Virus record (IMG/VR): IMGVR_UViG_3300037234_000959
Direction: 5' to 3' (one strand)
Origin: an uncultured virus (IMG/VR IMGVR_UViG_3300037234_000959)
Lineage: Duplodnaviria > Heunggongvirae > Uroviricota > Caudoviricetes
Length of the DNA: 25,846 bases
Shown: positions 8,269-16,778 of the stretch, piece after piece
How the letters are laid out: every line of letters starts with the position of its first letter
Position numbering within the stretch: position 1 is the stretch's first letter
Translations under genes and position numbers: made by a program
The notes under the pieces: model-generated
Database searches by the model: none
What the model was told of the DNA's origin: nothing
What the model saw: the letters and a program-made list of their open reading frames with translations, nothing else

Positions 8269-8743
8269 GGCCCTGGTTGAAATCTGCCCACCCATGGATC
8301 TTAAGTCTTTCTATGACCTTATCGAAGTGCGGCTGAGATGCAGCAAGCAGGTTGTTATCACATATTATGGGTAGGTCTGGCCAGTCATTGAGCTCCACAA
8401 GCCCGCCCCCTTCAATCTGTCCTTTGCCTATTCCACAAAACTTACACTTGCGTACACACCCCATTGTGGTTCTCGTAGCATAGGGATTTATCCTCTGAAG
8501 AATCCCGGGGCTCTCCTTACCTATGGTGACAAAATCAAGATTGTCAAAGTATCCAGGCATTAAATCTACAGATGGGCCCCCAACCTCTGCCCTATCCCAT
8601 CGATAATCGCGCTGCATAAGCAAATTTCTTACGTGCAGTAGGCGCCACGTGAAAGGGATGGATACTTTCAATGTCCGCCCCTCAATCCACGTAAATTCCT
8701 TTTTAGGCCACGTTGCCTTATTTCTGGCTGTCAAATTACTCAT
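8261..8743 (-). pseudogene. Radical SAM protein, apparently C-terminally truncated
   Basis: TTMGCVRKCKFC (CxxxCxxC) and DNNLLA present; the ORF stops at DFNQGLE about 57 aa after the cluster motif, too short for a radical SAM barrel. No continuation before the next gene. Confidence 0.7.
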
Positions 8744-9071
8744 GCTCTAACAGATTCCTACTCTCTTCAATAACCTCACCAAGGGACTTCCTAATAATAG
8801 TTGTCCTGATTAACTTACCCATTTTCAAATCAATAAACTTCCTTACTAGATCCTTACCAACAAACCGGGAAAACTGCTCAGCGACAATGATCACATCGGC
8901 AATCTCTTCTGCCACCCCCTCTATTCCAATGCGCCTCCTCTTGAAGTGATTCATCGCAACCAAGAGTTCCCCCATCTCTTCCGTCATAAGGTCCTCAATA
9001 AAGTCCCTTCCATGAAAAGCAATATTCGCTTCTAGGGTTTCATCTTCTATGGGCTCCAGGACTATCTTCAT
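8736..9071 (-). CDS. MazG-like all-alpha NTP pyrophosphohydrolase
   Basis: EEMGELL...AEEIADV signature. Confidence 0.8.
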   Translation of the reverse strand: MKIVLEPIEDETLEANIAFHGRDFIEDLMTEEMGELLVAMNHFKRRRIGIEGVAEEIADVIIVAEQFSRFVGKDLVRKFIDLKMGKLIRTTIIRKSLGEVIEESRNLLEHE

Positions 9072-9694
9072 TCGCTTTCCAAATCCAGTCTAGCCATAAG
9101 CACAAACCTTGCTTCAGCAAAGAAATGTTTACCTCCCTTTTCAATGCTCAAGATCTCTATAAGTGTCTCCTGGCTTGTCGTTTCATCAACCATGCTACTT
9201 CCTACGAGACCCCGTACCCGTGCATAACACGTCGCGCATAGATCCCGCACGGCGGTCTTCTTTTTAGGGTGTATCCGACAACAGCTCTTCCTTTCCGTTT
9301 CGGGAGAAATTTTATTAAGAATATTAACGACTCTCTTCCCCCTACTATTTACAGTAGTAACAACAAAGTCGTTAGCGAGAGGAGCGGGGCTTCTCTCTAC
9401 GGCTGTCCTAAACGCATACCCCCCGAAACCCTCTTCCATATGAGCGACAAAATAAAGGCAGGCTTCAAAACTATCCTTTATGCCGGCAGACCTCCTTGGC
9501 CCATCCCAATGAGGACGATGCTCTATGAAGCTCTCAAGAACCCTATCAAGCCCAGCGTCCCCATAGAACTTCTTTATCCTCACCAGTGCCATCCTCCTAA
9601 GCGCTAACAGGGATAAATAGTGATTTTTCTCCTTGTTTACGTTTTCGATGAATCTATTATAGATGCCTAGTCCGGTTTCCGACATTAAGTCCAT
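9068..9694 (-). CDS. Hypothetical protein with Cys/His motif (CCRIH...CATC)
   Basis: Start placed at 9694 because of a TAATG overlap with the upstream stop and an AAGGAG RBS; ATGA overlap with the downstream gene. Confidence 0.7.
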   Translation of the reverse strand: MDLMSETGLGIYNRFIENVNKEKNHYLSLLALRRMALVRIKKFYGDAGLDRVLESFIEHRPHWDGPRRSAGIKDSFEACLYFVAHMEEGFGGYAFRTAVERSPAPLANDFVVTTVNSRGKRVVNILNKISPETERKSCCRIHPKKKTAVRDLCATCYARVRGLVGSSMVDETTSQETLIEILSIEKGGKHFFAEARFVLMARLDLESE

Positions 9695-9888
9695 TACACA
9701 AGCTCCTTTTCCGTGGCAAGCCATTCGGGTATTTCAAGATCTACTGTTTCACCCATCTTCCACGATTCATCATAGTTTTGTATTTGAGATATGGGGAGCC
9801 ATGCGTCTCTGTCTCCGTCGTTGATCAAGATAGCCCCAGGCGTCTTTGCCAGGACCTTCCCGGTAACCTCAACAATTTCGTTGCTCAC
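9694..9888 (-). CDS. Small phage protein (64 aa)
   Basis: AILI...WLPISQI...IPEWLA pattern typical of a small phage beta-barrel family; GTGA overlap with the upstream gene. Confidence 0.8.
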   Translation of the reverse strand: MSNEIVEVTGKVLAKTPGAILINDGDRDAWLPISQIQNYDESWKMGETVDLEIPEWLATEKELV

Positions 9889-10157
9889 AGCCTCACTCTT
9901 TCATGCTCTGATTCTATTTTCGCCCGAGCAGAACGGATACGACTTACTAAAGTGCTAATTCTTGCTGCTAAAGGGCAAAGTTCTTCATCCAGCATTGCCT
10001 TTGTGTCATCACCACCCTGCGGAACTGCGTCTATTTGAACTGGTGATAATGCTTCACATATCGTTTCTACAGAACCCTGAAGTTGGGTCATGGCCTCTTC
10101 TGCATCACTAATCTTTTCATTAACCTGGCTATTATGCTGCCTCTTTTCTTCGTTCAT
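9885..10157 (-). CDS. Hypothetical helical or coiled-coil protein
   Basis: GGAGG RBS; heptad-like composition. Confidence 0.75.
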   Translation of the reverse strand: MNEEKRQHNSQVNEKISDAEEAMTQLQGSVETICEALSPVQIDAVPQGGDDTKAMLDEELCPLAARISTLVSRIRSARAKIESEHERVRL

Positions 10158-10179
10158 TTCTTCCCTCCAATTCCTTTAA

Positions 10180-10398
10180 TTATTTTTTAATGTCTTTTAC
10201 TCCCAAGATCCTCCAGCGCTTTTCTCCCAACCACGCAATGGGGAACAAGAAACCGGTCTTGACACAATCGACACCGTTATCATCTACGACCTCAAAGCGA
10301 CTATCCACTCCACCATCTTCAGCAAACTCAACTATCTTGCAGTTGCCTTTATCGAGCTGGTCTATAGCCTCGCTGAACGAAAGGTTTTCGGTCTCCAT
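10180..10398 (-). CDS. Hypothetical protein (72 aa)
   Basis: Start revised to METENLSFSEA, which has a GAGGT RBS and follows directly on the stop of the small membrane-protein ORF. Confidence 0.7.
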   Translation of the reverse strand: METENLSFSEAIDQLDKGNCKIVEFAEDGGVDSRFEVVDDNGVDCVKTGFLFPIAWLGEKRWRILGVKDIKK

Positions 10399-10399
10399 G

Positions 10400-10519
10400 T
10401 TAAAAACCTCTTGATTTACGTCTTCTTGCCTCGTAGGCATCGACAAATTTATCTACGATTATTATCGTTAATACCGCTACTAAAATTGCCACATATACTG
10501 CTAATCCCGTCTCAAACAT
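10400..10519 (-). CDS. Small single-pass membrane protein (39 aa), absent from the ORF track
   Basis: MFETGLAVYVAILVAVLTIIIVDKFVDAYEARRRKSRGF; GAGGT RBS; fills the gap between groES and the next gene. Confidence 0.75.
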   Translation of the reverse strand: MFETGLAVYVAILVAVLTIIIVDKFVDAYEARRRKSRGF

Positions 10520-10532
10520 TCCGTCACCTCTC

Positions 10533-10823
10533 TTATTCGATTACGGCTAAAATCTCTCCCGCCGACATTAATAGATACTCTTCGCCCCCAAACAAAACCT
10601 CAGTGCCGGCAAACTCAGAGAAAAGAACAATTTCTCCAACCTTCACATCAGGAGTGCAAAGAGTTCCATTGTCTAAGCGCTCCCCTGTCCCGGTAGCCAC
10701 AACCTCCCCCGTGGTCTCCTTCTTCTCCTCAACTACCTTGTTGGGAAGAATAATCCCAGACTCAGTTGTTTCCTCGATTTTCTTCCTTTTTACCAGCACC
10801 CTACTTCCCATCGGTCTTAACAT
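10533..10823 (-). CDS. groES: Co-chaperonin GroES (Cpn10)
   Basis: RPMGSRVLVKR...TESGIILP mobile loop, GEVVATGTG, VKVGEIVLFSEFAGTEV, EILAVIE; AAGGAG RBS. Confidence 0.95.
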   Translation of the reverse strand: MLRPMGSRVLVKRKKIEETTESGIILPNKVVEEKKETTGEVVATGTGERLDNGTLCTPDVKVGEIVLFSEFAGTEVLFGGEEYLLMSAGEILAVIE

Positions 10824-11218
10824 AACTTACTCTCCTTTTCGTTAAAGTTTATTGTTTCCGAACCCTCCGGCCCTATTAAACACAAATGATCACCTCCACC
10901 TGGGACAAATTTCTTGCAAAGATCAGGGCGATTGTCATAGTCTCCACACTTACCATCCTCGCCAAGAAGAGGACAGGTGAACCACCATACTTGTCTACCA
11001 CTATCGTGCGGGTAGCGTTTGTCTTTACACAGTTCAACTGGCTTAAATGGCAAATTGGATTGTCTCAGCTTTCGCCTCGCCCCTTTAATGCTCTTTCTCT
11101 CATCAAAAGGCATCGCTCTTTTAACATTGAGCACAAAACGCTTGCAACAATGTCCCAGATCAGGGCAATCGCGCATGCAATCAACCTTGTTATCAACATC
11201 GTCAAGCTTCTTACTCAT
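10817..11218 (-). CDS. YkgJ-family (CxxCxxCC) Zn/Fe cluster protein
   Basis: CMRDCPDLGHCC...CPLLGEDGKCGDYDNRPDLCKKF. Confidence 0.85.
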   Translation of the reverse strand: MSKKLDDVDNKVDCMRDCPDLGHCCKRFVLNVKRAMPFDERKSIKGARRKLRQSNLPFKPVELCKDKRYPHDSGRQVWWFTCPLLGEDGKCGDYDNRPDLCKKFVPGGGDHLCLIGPEGSETINFNEKESKLC

Positions 11219-11763
11219 TTCTTACCCTTCCCTTGAACCTTTTTCAATATCTTCTTAATCCTAGAGTCATCACGGTTCTTTATATTCAGAGCATGCTTAA
11301 TACCCACTAGCCCCGACTCCCATGCCCCAAAAAGCTCTGTCACATCCAGAAACTCTTCTACGTCATGCCCTACAATTTCATAAATAGGCTGCCCTGTGAC
11401 CGCATTGAATTTCGGCTTCTCAGATGGCGATTTTGCATGAACGATATGTCTGAGTTCGTGATACATAAGTGCTATCTTCGCCTCGTCTGAAAATTCCTCC
11501 CAGATATACTCCTGGATAACGATAAGCGCGTCTGGCATAAACCCGAAGGCGATCTCTATGGCCCATGTGTATATATTGCGCTGCTTACTTTGTACTTGGG
11601 GTATACAAGCAAATCCGGCGAGATATTTCCCGGCGGATTTCAACTCCTCTTCGGTAAGTAGATAACCGATATTCCCATCCTCCAGGTGTTCAAACGTCTC
11701 AGAAAATTCTACGATGATCGCCTTTGCGTACCGCTTAAGCTCTTTTGATTGCTCGAAGCTCAT
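11215..11763 (-). CDS. Putative phage metallopeptidase
   Basis: ALMYHELRH (HExxH) followed by HDVEEF...FGAW. Confidence 0.85.
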   Translation of the reverse strand: MSFEQSKELKRYAKAIIVEFSETFEHLEDGNIGYLLTEEELKSAGKYLAGFACIPQVQSKQRNIYTWAIEIAFGFMPDALIVIQEYIWEEFSDEAKIALMYHELRHIVHAKSPSEKPKFNAVTGQPIYEIVGHDVEEFLDVTELFGAWESGLVGIKHALNIKNRDDSRIKKILKKVQGKGKK

Positions 11764-12983
11764 ACGACTAACCCGAGCGGCCTTTGTGCCGCCTCTTTAT
11801 CTATTCTCTCTTTCGACATAGCGCAATATTCCTTCTTCGCCTCAATTCCCTCGTAATTTCTTCCGTTCCGAAGAGTAACAACCCCCGTGGTTCCAGAACC
11901 ATTAAAAGTATCTATTACCGTACAAGGAACAGTGTCTCCCCCTTCACATTTACAGGCAAGCTCCCATCTGTCGTTAGCACGAGTGGTAGGAACCCATCTG
12001 GTACTGTCGGTTTTCGTATCTGTATTATTAGGAACGTGCGCCTTTTCCCGTTGATTAATATGTCCAGTTTTTACAATAACTCTCTTCCACGGTTCCCCAC
12101 ATTCAGCACAGCATCCCTTAGCACTCGTTCCGGCCAAAATGCATGGTTCGATCAGGGTGGGAGGGAAAATAGCAAAATGAGCACCTTTGTATGCCTTAGT
12201 AGGTACACTCCATACGGTACGTTTGTTGCGGCCATATGGGTTACTACAAGCCTTAGTTGAATCTTTAGCTATGGTCTGATTCCCCGGACCTCCTTCTGAC
12301 CATTTATGGTTGGCACTCCTTCCGCGCTCTGCACGTTCAAGCGAATCGTCAGCATAAGGTTCTCTGATTGCATATGTATCGTAGAAGTACCGCTCAGACT
12401 TAGTAAGAAGGAAGAGATACTCATGACTTTTCGTCGGACGGTCCGTCACGCTCTCCGGCATAGAGTTAGACTTATTCCAAATTATATCACTACGCAAATA
12501 CCACCCATCCGCCTGAAGAGCGAGAGACACACGCCACGGGATGCCAATAAGGTCTTTAACTTTAAGCCCCGCAACTGGCCTTCTGTCTTTTGCTCCCCCA
12601 CATATTGCTGAAGAGTCTCTTTCCTCACATATCGACCCACCTCCCCATCCATGGCCCACACCCGAATAAGAATCTCCTAAATTAAGCCAAAACGTTCCGT
12701 CGTCCCGCAATACGCGCCAAATTTTCTTGAAAATTAGCACCATATGTCCAACGTATGCCTCTGGTGACGGCTCAAGACCTAAACAACACTCCATCTCAGG
12801 AATAGTGATCTCAACTGTCCCGGACATAGGGGTATAAGTTACCGACGGCCACTTCGTTGGAGGCACACCATAATCACGAAGCCCATAGTAAGGGGGTGAT
12901 GTCACACCACAGTGGATGCTTTTTTCGGGGAGCACATCCAGCACATCCAGCACATCTCCGTTATGTATGGTGTAATCAGACAA
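11760..12983 (-). CDS. Beta-class DNA N4-cytosine/N6-adenine methyltransferase
   Basis: VTSPPYYGLRDY, WLNLGDSY, KDLIGIPWR, MPESVTDRPTKSHEY, HFAIFP, IDTFNGSGTT; Cys-rich insertion; TTG start. Confidence 0.93.
   Translation of the reverse strand: MSDYTIHNGDVLDVLDVLPEKSIHCGVTSPPYYGLRDYGVPPTKWPSVTYTPMSGTVEITIPEMECCLGLEPSPEAYVGHMVLIFKKIWRVLRDDGTFWLNLGDSYSGVGHGWGGGSICEERDSSAICGGAKDRRPVAGLKVKDLIGIPWRVSLALQADGWYLRSDIIWNKSNSMPESVTDRPTKSHEYLFLLTKSERYFYDTYAIREPYADDSLERAERGRSANHKWSEGGPGNQTIAKDSTKACSNPYGRNKRTVWSVPTKAYKGAHFAIFPPTLIEPCILAGTSAKGCCAECGEPWKRVIVKTGHINQREKAHVPNNTDTKTDSTRWVPTTRANDRWELACKCEGGDTVPCTVIDTFNGSGTTGVVTLRNGRNYEGIEAKKEYCAMSKERIDKEAAQRPLGLVV
12931..12957. repeat. 9-bp tandem repeat x3 in the 5' end of the MTase gene (DVL-DVL-DVL)
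   Basis: AGCACATCC AGCACATCC AGCACATCT. Confidence 0.85.
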
Positions 12984-12986
12984 ACC

Positions 12987-13238
12987 TTATACCCTCACAA
13001 GCCCTTGATAATGGAGTTCCTTCAGCACCTGGTAGATCCTGCGGCTTCCCGTGTGGAAGGCTGAGCCATAATGATGGTGGTTATGGAAAGCGTTTATCCT
13101 CTTCTTCACTGTCAACGAAAGAGAAAGGAAGAACTCCCTGGCTTCCTTTGACTCCGGAATAGGCTTTTTTCCCTCTACCATTAACTGCATTTCCGTTGCC
13201 ATCCTTCTTAGCTTTACTGCTACCCTTTTTTTCATCAT
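12987..13238 (-). CDS. Hypothetical basic protein (about 83 aa)
   Basis: GGAGG RBS before ATGATG (13238 or 13235); ends 3 nt before the MTase start. Confidence 0.65.
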   Translation of the reverse strand: MMKKRVAVKLRRMATEMQLMVEGKKPIPESKEAREFFLSLSLTVKKRINAFHNHHHYGSAFHTGSRRIYQVLKELHYQGLVRV

Positions 13239-13818
13239 TACCTCCATTTTTTTTATTAGATACGGTTTTTATATAGTTAGGGTTTTCTACTAAATCGCCA
13301 CCCTTAATGAGAAGGGGGATCTGATTTTTCTTTTTGACAGGACGTCGCTTCCACTCTAATGACTGTCCATGGTGTTTACGGCAAATGTCGCGACCTTCAA
13401 ATTTATGCCCATCCCATGCCGTTTTCTTGCAGCCTGACACATTACAGATAAGCTCATAAAAGGATCCAAAAGGTACATCACCAGCATTCCCTTTCCCCCA
13501 TGTTCCCTCATAAGGGACACACTTAACGCCCCCCTGATATCTCGCTCCACACTGAAAACAAGCCTTGGCCAGATAAAGAATGTAATCTTCCCCACTACGC
13601 TCCTTTTCGGTATCATCGAAAAGCTTCCCCCCACACTTAGGGCAAGTACTGCAATCATCACATCCGCCACGGACACCATGTTTCTTACAATCAACCTCTA
13701 CCGAGTCCTCAGACACCCCCTGCCTGTAATACTTGCAGTTGATATAATGTCCAAGCGTATTTCGCGCATATTCTGGCTTCTGCGGCTGCCGGTCCTCATG
13801 CGAGAAGTCGTCGTTCAT
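13081..13818 (-). CDS. Cys-rich, probably zinc-binding hypothetical protein
   Basis: Several CxxC and CxxH motifs; ATGA overlap with the upstream gene; the low-complexity tail overlaps the next gene. Confidence 0.7.
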   Translation of the reverse strand: MNDDFSHEDRQPQKPEYARNTLGHYINCKYYRQGVSEDSVEVDCKKHGVRGGCDDCSTCPKCGGKLFDDTEKERSGEDYILYLAKACFQCGARYQGGVKCVPYEGTWGKGNAGDVPFGSFYELICNVSGCKKTAWDGHKFEGRDICRKHHGQSLEWKRRPVKKKNQIPLLIKGGDLVENPNYIKTVSNKKNGGNDEKKGSSKAKKDGNGNAVNGRGKKAYSGVKGSQGVLPFSFVDSEEEDKRFP

Positions 13819-14408
13819 CCGTTCAACCATGCGTTAAATTCCTTAATAAATCCGGAAACGCTTGAGTCCGAAAGTTCCCTGCAGCTACCTACCTCCATAT
13901 ACTCCTTAAACAGAGCCTTGCACGTATCCTTGTCCTTCACGGTCTTTCCCGTAAGCTTGTCAACAAACTCTTGAAACTTCGGGTTCTGGAAGAAGATATG
14001 AAGTCCCTTGAGGGATGCTGCGCTCACGTCTCCCGGGGCGATCTCTTTCCCTGGCTTCTCAGGCTGATGATCACAAGGCACAATGGACAAACAGACATCT
14101 TCCCCTGTAAGGGCGGTTATATAGGGGCCTATGCCGTCTTGCGCTGCATTAGCCTCTATGACAAGAAAAAACTTCTTTCCCTTACTCGGCACATCGATAA
14201 TCTGAGCAGGATGGATCTTTACCTTTACGGACCCCTCGATCGTCACGTTTACAAATCTGTCGATCATGCCGGACAAAACGGGTGCAAGATTTTCATATTT
14301 ATCAAGAGATGGCAATCCAACGGTACACCTCCATACACCATGCAGTTTCATTCTCTGGCGGTTTATGAATTTTACCGGGATTTCGTTAAGATCAACTGAC
14401 TGACTCAT
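13815..14408 (-). CDS. Hypothetical protein (197 aa)
   Basis: ATGA overlaps with both neighbours. Confidence 0.75.
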   Translation of the reverse strand: MSQSVDLNEIPVKFINRQRMKLHGVWRCTVGLPSLDKYENLAPVLSGMIDRFVNVTIEGSVKVKIHPAQIIDVPSKGKKFFLVIEANAAQDGIGPYITALTGEDVCLSIVPCDHQPEKPGKEIAPGDVSAASLKGLHIFFQNPKFQEFVDKLTGKTVKDKDTCKALFKEYMEVGSCRELSDSSVSGFIKEFNAWLNG

Positions 14409-16123
14409 ACTGATACCGCCCGTGCTTCTCTCACTCTTCTCTGCTCATGTCGGCAGAATTTATGTCGCCGTGGCATCGCCTCTGCAGGATTGTAATTTGC
14501 CACGACAAGTGCCTCAGCTGGCTCAGGTGGCACCGAGTTTCCACACATTCTCACTTTTGCACCTTGCGTCATGGGTTTACCTTTATAATTAAGATCTATA
14601 ATGTATGAATCTGGGAAGCTCTGAGCCCTGAATAACTCCCTTGGCTGTAACATACGCATTCCGATATCAACGATCATGTAGTTAACACACTGGATCGTTA
14701 CAAGGCCGAAACGATCTTTTGTGGTAACAGTATGGAGCGGTTCATCCAGCTTAGGTGCCTGATCGGTTCCGTAATACTTGATGAGAAATGCCCTTACCTC
14801 TCCGAAGTGCGTGCCACCGGCGGTAATGGTGTGAAGCGGCTCCCTTTGATCCTGGCCTATATTATCCCCCTTCATTTTGACAATATGGGAGGTTGCCACA
14901 GCTATCTTTCCAGCTCCACCCGGCATAACAGTTGGAGCAGGCTCATCAGGAGACTGTCCCACACTCTGCCCAAATGGTCTGACAAGGTGCGCCAAAACTA
15001 AAGAGTGATGGTCAATAGCAGTTACGGTATCAATAGGTTTACCCATCTTTGTCCCTGTGGCGCCGGTGTAATGCTTGGCCAGGAAAGCAGCAACGACGGC
15101 GTGTTTCTTTCCTCCAGCTACGACCGTTCCCAAAGGCTTTTCCAGTCCAGGTACACGTGGAGCCTGGCCCTTGCGCTCGCCGTATCCGGTTTGTATAAGT
15201 GTTGGTGATAATAGGCAGTGCTCGGCCTTGCTGGTAATAGTTGTCAGAGGTTTCTCTATAGGATAAGACAGGCTGCCATTTGCGCTTGCATGGCCGATCC
15301 TGACAATAAAAGGGTCTGGATTATTAACAACGAAACGCATAATCCCCTTGGCGATCCTCCTGCAGGTTGCATCCGCGAGGGGCTTTTTTCTCTCAAATAT
15401 AGACGGGCAAGGTATACTCCAATCTATACACTCCGCTGCCGTCCTATAAGGTTTTAACCCGGCGCCGTGCGTAGGTTTAGGCCATACGATTGGACGACCG
15501 TCGCATCGAGCTACCAGGAAGAGTCTTTTTCTAGTAGTAGGGGCTCCATAATCGCAAGCAACAAGCTCCCTCCACTCAACAACATATCCAAGCCTCCTCA
15601 GCTCCCTTACCCACCTCCTAAAGGTTAATCCTTTCCGTGCCGGGCAGGGGACCATTTCAACCCTACCGTCTTTACCCAAGACTTCACTTCCTGTACCGTC
15701 CAACCTTGGAATGAGAGGTCCCCATTTCTGAAACTCTTCCACATTTTCAAGCATGATCACCCTGGGCTTGACAGTTGCAGCCCACTTTTTAACAATCCAA
15801 GCAAGCCCCCTAATTTTCTTCTCGACGGGCTTGCTGCCCTTTGCCTTGGAAAAATGCTTACAATCAGGAGAAAACCACGCAAGCCCCACTGGACGCCCTC
15901 TTGTAATAGCGATGGGGTCAACATCCCAAACACTCTCACAATGATGCTCAGTAAAAGGATGATTCGCTTTGTGCATCGCAACAGCTTCGGGGTCGTGGTT
16001 AATCGCAATATCTACAGGACGCCCGGTAGCCGCCTCAATGCCCGTACTAGCCCCTCCCCCACCTGCAAAATTGTCAACGATTAACTCATCGTACAATCCG
16101 TCTTGAAAAACTTTACTACCCAT
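14405..16123 (-). CDS. DNA cytosine-C5 methyltransferase, phage type
   Basis: DNFAGGGG (I), SPDCKHFS (IV), LENVEEF (VI), PTTRKRLF (VIII), RMLQPRELFRAQSFP (IX), CGNSV (X); variable region with six PLxT(I/V)-like repeats. Confidence 0.95.
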   Translation of the reverse strand: MGSKVFQDGLYDELIVDNFAGGGGASTGIEAATGRPVDIAINHDPEAVAMHKANHPFTEHHCESVWDVDPIAITRGRPVGLAWFSPDCKHFSKAKGSKPVEKKIRGLAWIVKKWAATVKPRVIMLENVEEFQKWGPLIPRLDGTGSEVLGKDGRVEMVPCPARKGLTFRRWVRELRRLGYVVEWRELVACDYGAPTTRKRLFLVARCDGRPIVWPKPTHGAGLKPYRTAAECIDWSIPCPSIFERKKPLADATCRRIAKGIMRFVVNNPDPFIVRIGHASANGSLSYPIEKPLTTITSKAEHCLLSPTLIQTGYGERKGQAPRVPGLEKPLGTVVAGGKKHAVVAAFLAKHYTGATGTKMGKPIDTVTAIDHHSLVLAHLVRPFGQSVGQSPDEPAPTVMPGGAGKIAVATSHIVKMKGDNIGQDQREPLHTITAGGTHFGEVRAFLIKYYGTDQAPKLDEPLHTVTTKDRFGLVTIQCVNYMIVDIGMRMLQPRELFRAQSFPDSYIIDLNYKGKPMTQGAKVRMCGNSVPPEPAEALVVANYNPAEAMPRRHKFCRHEQRRVREARAVSV

Positions 16124-16169
16124 AACAGCTCCTTAAACTCAACGCCCGGCGTTCTTTATACGATACACA

Positions 16170-16490
16170 TTAGACAAAAAAATATTCCAAACTTAACCTT
16201 GCTATTACATCCTCTATATCAATCTCGTATCGTCTCCAAAGATCCCATGACAGGTTGTCATAGCTACCGGGCTGCAATTCCGTCCCTCCCTCGTTGTGAT
16301 GATCGAAGCAAAGAGGTACCGCCCTATAATCACTTGTCTTACCCCCCATGGTTCCCTTGCGCCTCTCAGGCTGATGGTGCGCGGTGCTGCCCGGCCTCTT
16401 ACATATCAAACATGGTTGAGACCGAACAAAGACAAGGTACTTTGCATCCCTGTCTGGAGGTTCTTTACTCCCCTTTAAGTTCTGTGACAA
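16170..16490 (-). CDS. DUF968-like (HNH-fold) phage protein
   Basis: [13 protein letters not shown]...AHH...[15 protein letters not shown]; the start codon (TTG) is uncertain. Confidence 0.8.
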   Translation of the reverse strand: MSQNLKGSKEPPDRDAKYLVFVRSQPCLICKRPGSTAHHQPERRKGTMGGKTSDYRAVPLCFDHHNEGGTELQPGSYDNLSWDLWRRYEIDIEDVIARLSLEYFFV

Positions 16491-16701
16491 TATCTACAAC
16501 ATCCTGAACCGTGACAAGCTTTTCGGTCTGCTCGTCCGATATCGAAATACAAAACTCTTCCTCTAGCGCCATTGTCAACTCAACAACATCCAGAGAATCA
16601 GCTAGAAGATCATTGACAAGGTCAGCACCTGGCACAACCTCCTCTTCACTCACCCCCAGCTGCTCAACAATTACCTCTTTTACTTTTTCCTCTATAGACA
16701 T
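16465..16701 (-). CDS. acpP: Acyl carrier protein
   Basis: [15 protein letters not shown]...[17 protein letters not shown]...TVQDVVD; the phosphopantetheine Ser (DSL) is present; AAGGAGG RBS. Confidence 0.93.
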   Translation of the reverse strand: MSIEEKVKEVIVEQLGVSEEEVVPGADLVNDLLADSLDVVELTMALEEEFCISISDEQTEKLVTVQDVVDIVTELKGE

Positions 16702-16738
16702 GAAACCTCCTTAATATTGTTTTATATGTCGCAATCAC

Positions 16739-16776
16739 AAAAAAGGGAAGCAACCGAAAACCGGCGCTCCCCCTCT
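16739..16776 (-). terminator. Rho-independent terminator in the leftward leader (possibly bidirectional)
   Basis: Minus strand GGGGAGCGCCGG-TTT-TCGGTTGCTTCCC followed by T6; the plus strand also has a T run after the stem. Confidence 0.75.
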
Positions 16777-16778
16777 TT

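Noticed and set aside
16141..16153. Palindrome AACGCC-C-GGCGTT upstream of the C5 MTase
   Set aside because: Single short occurrence with no second copy noticed; insufficient to call an operator.
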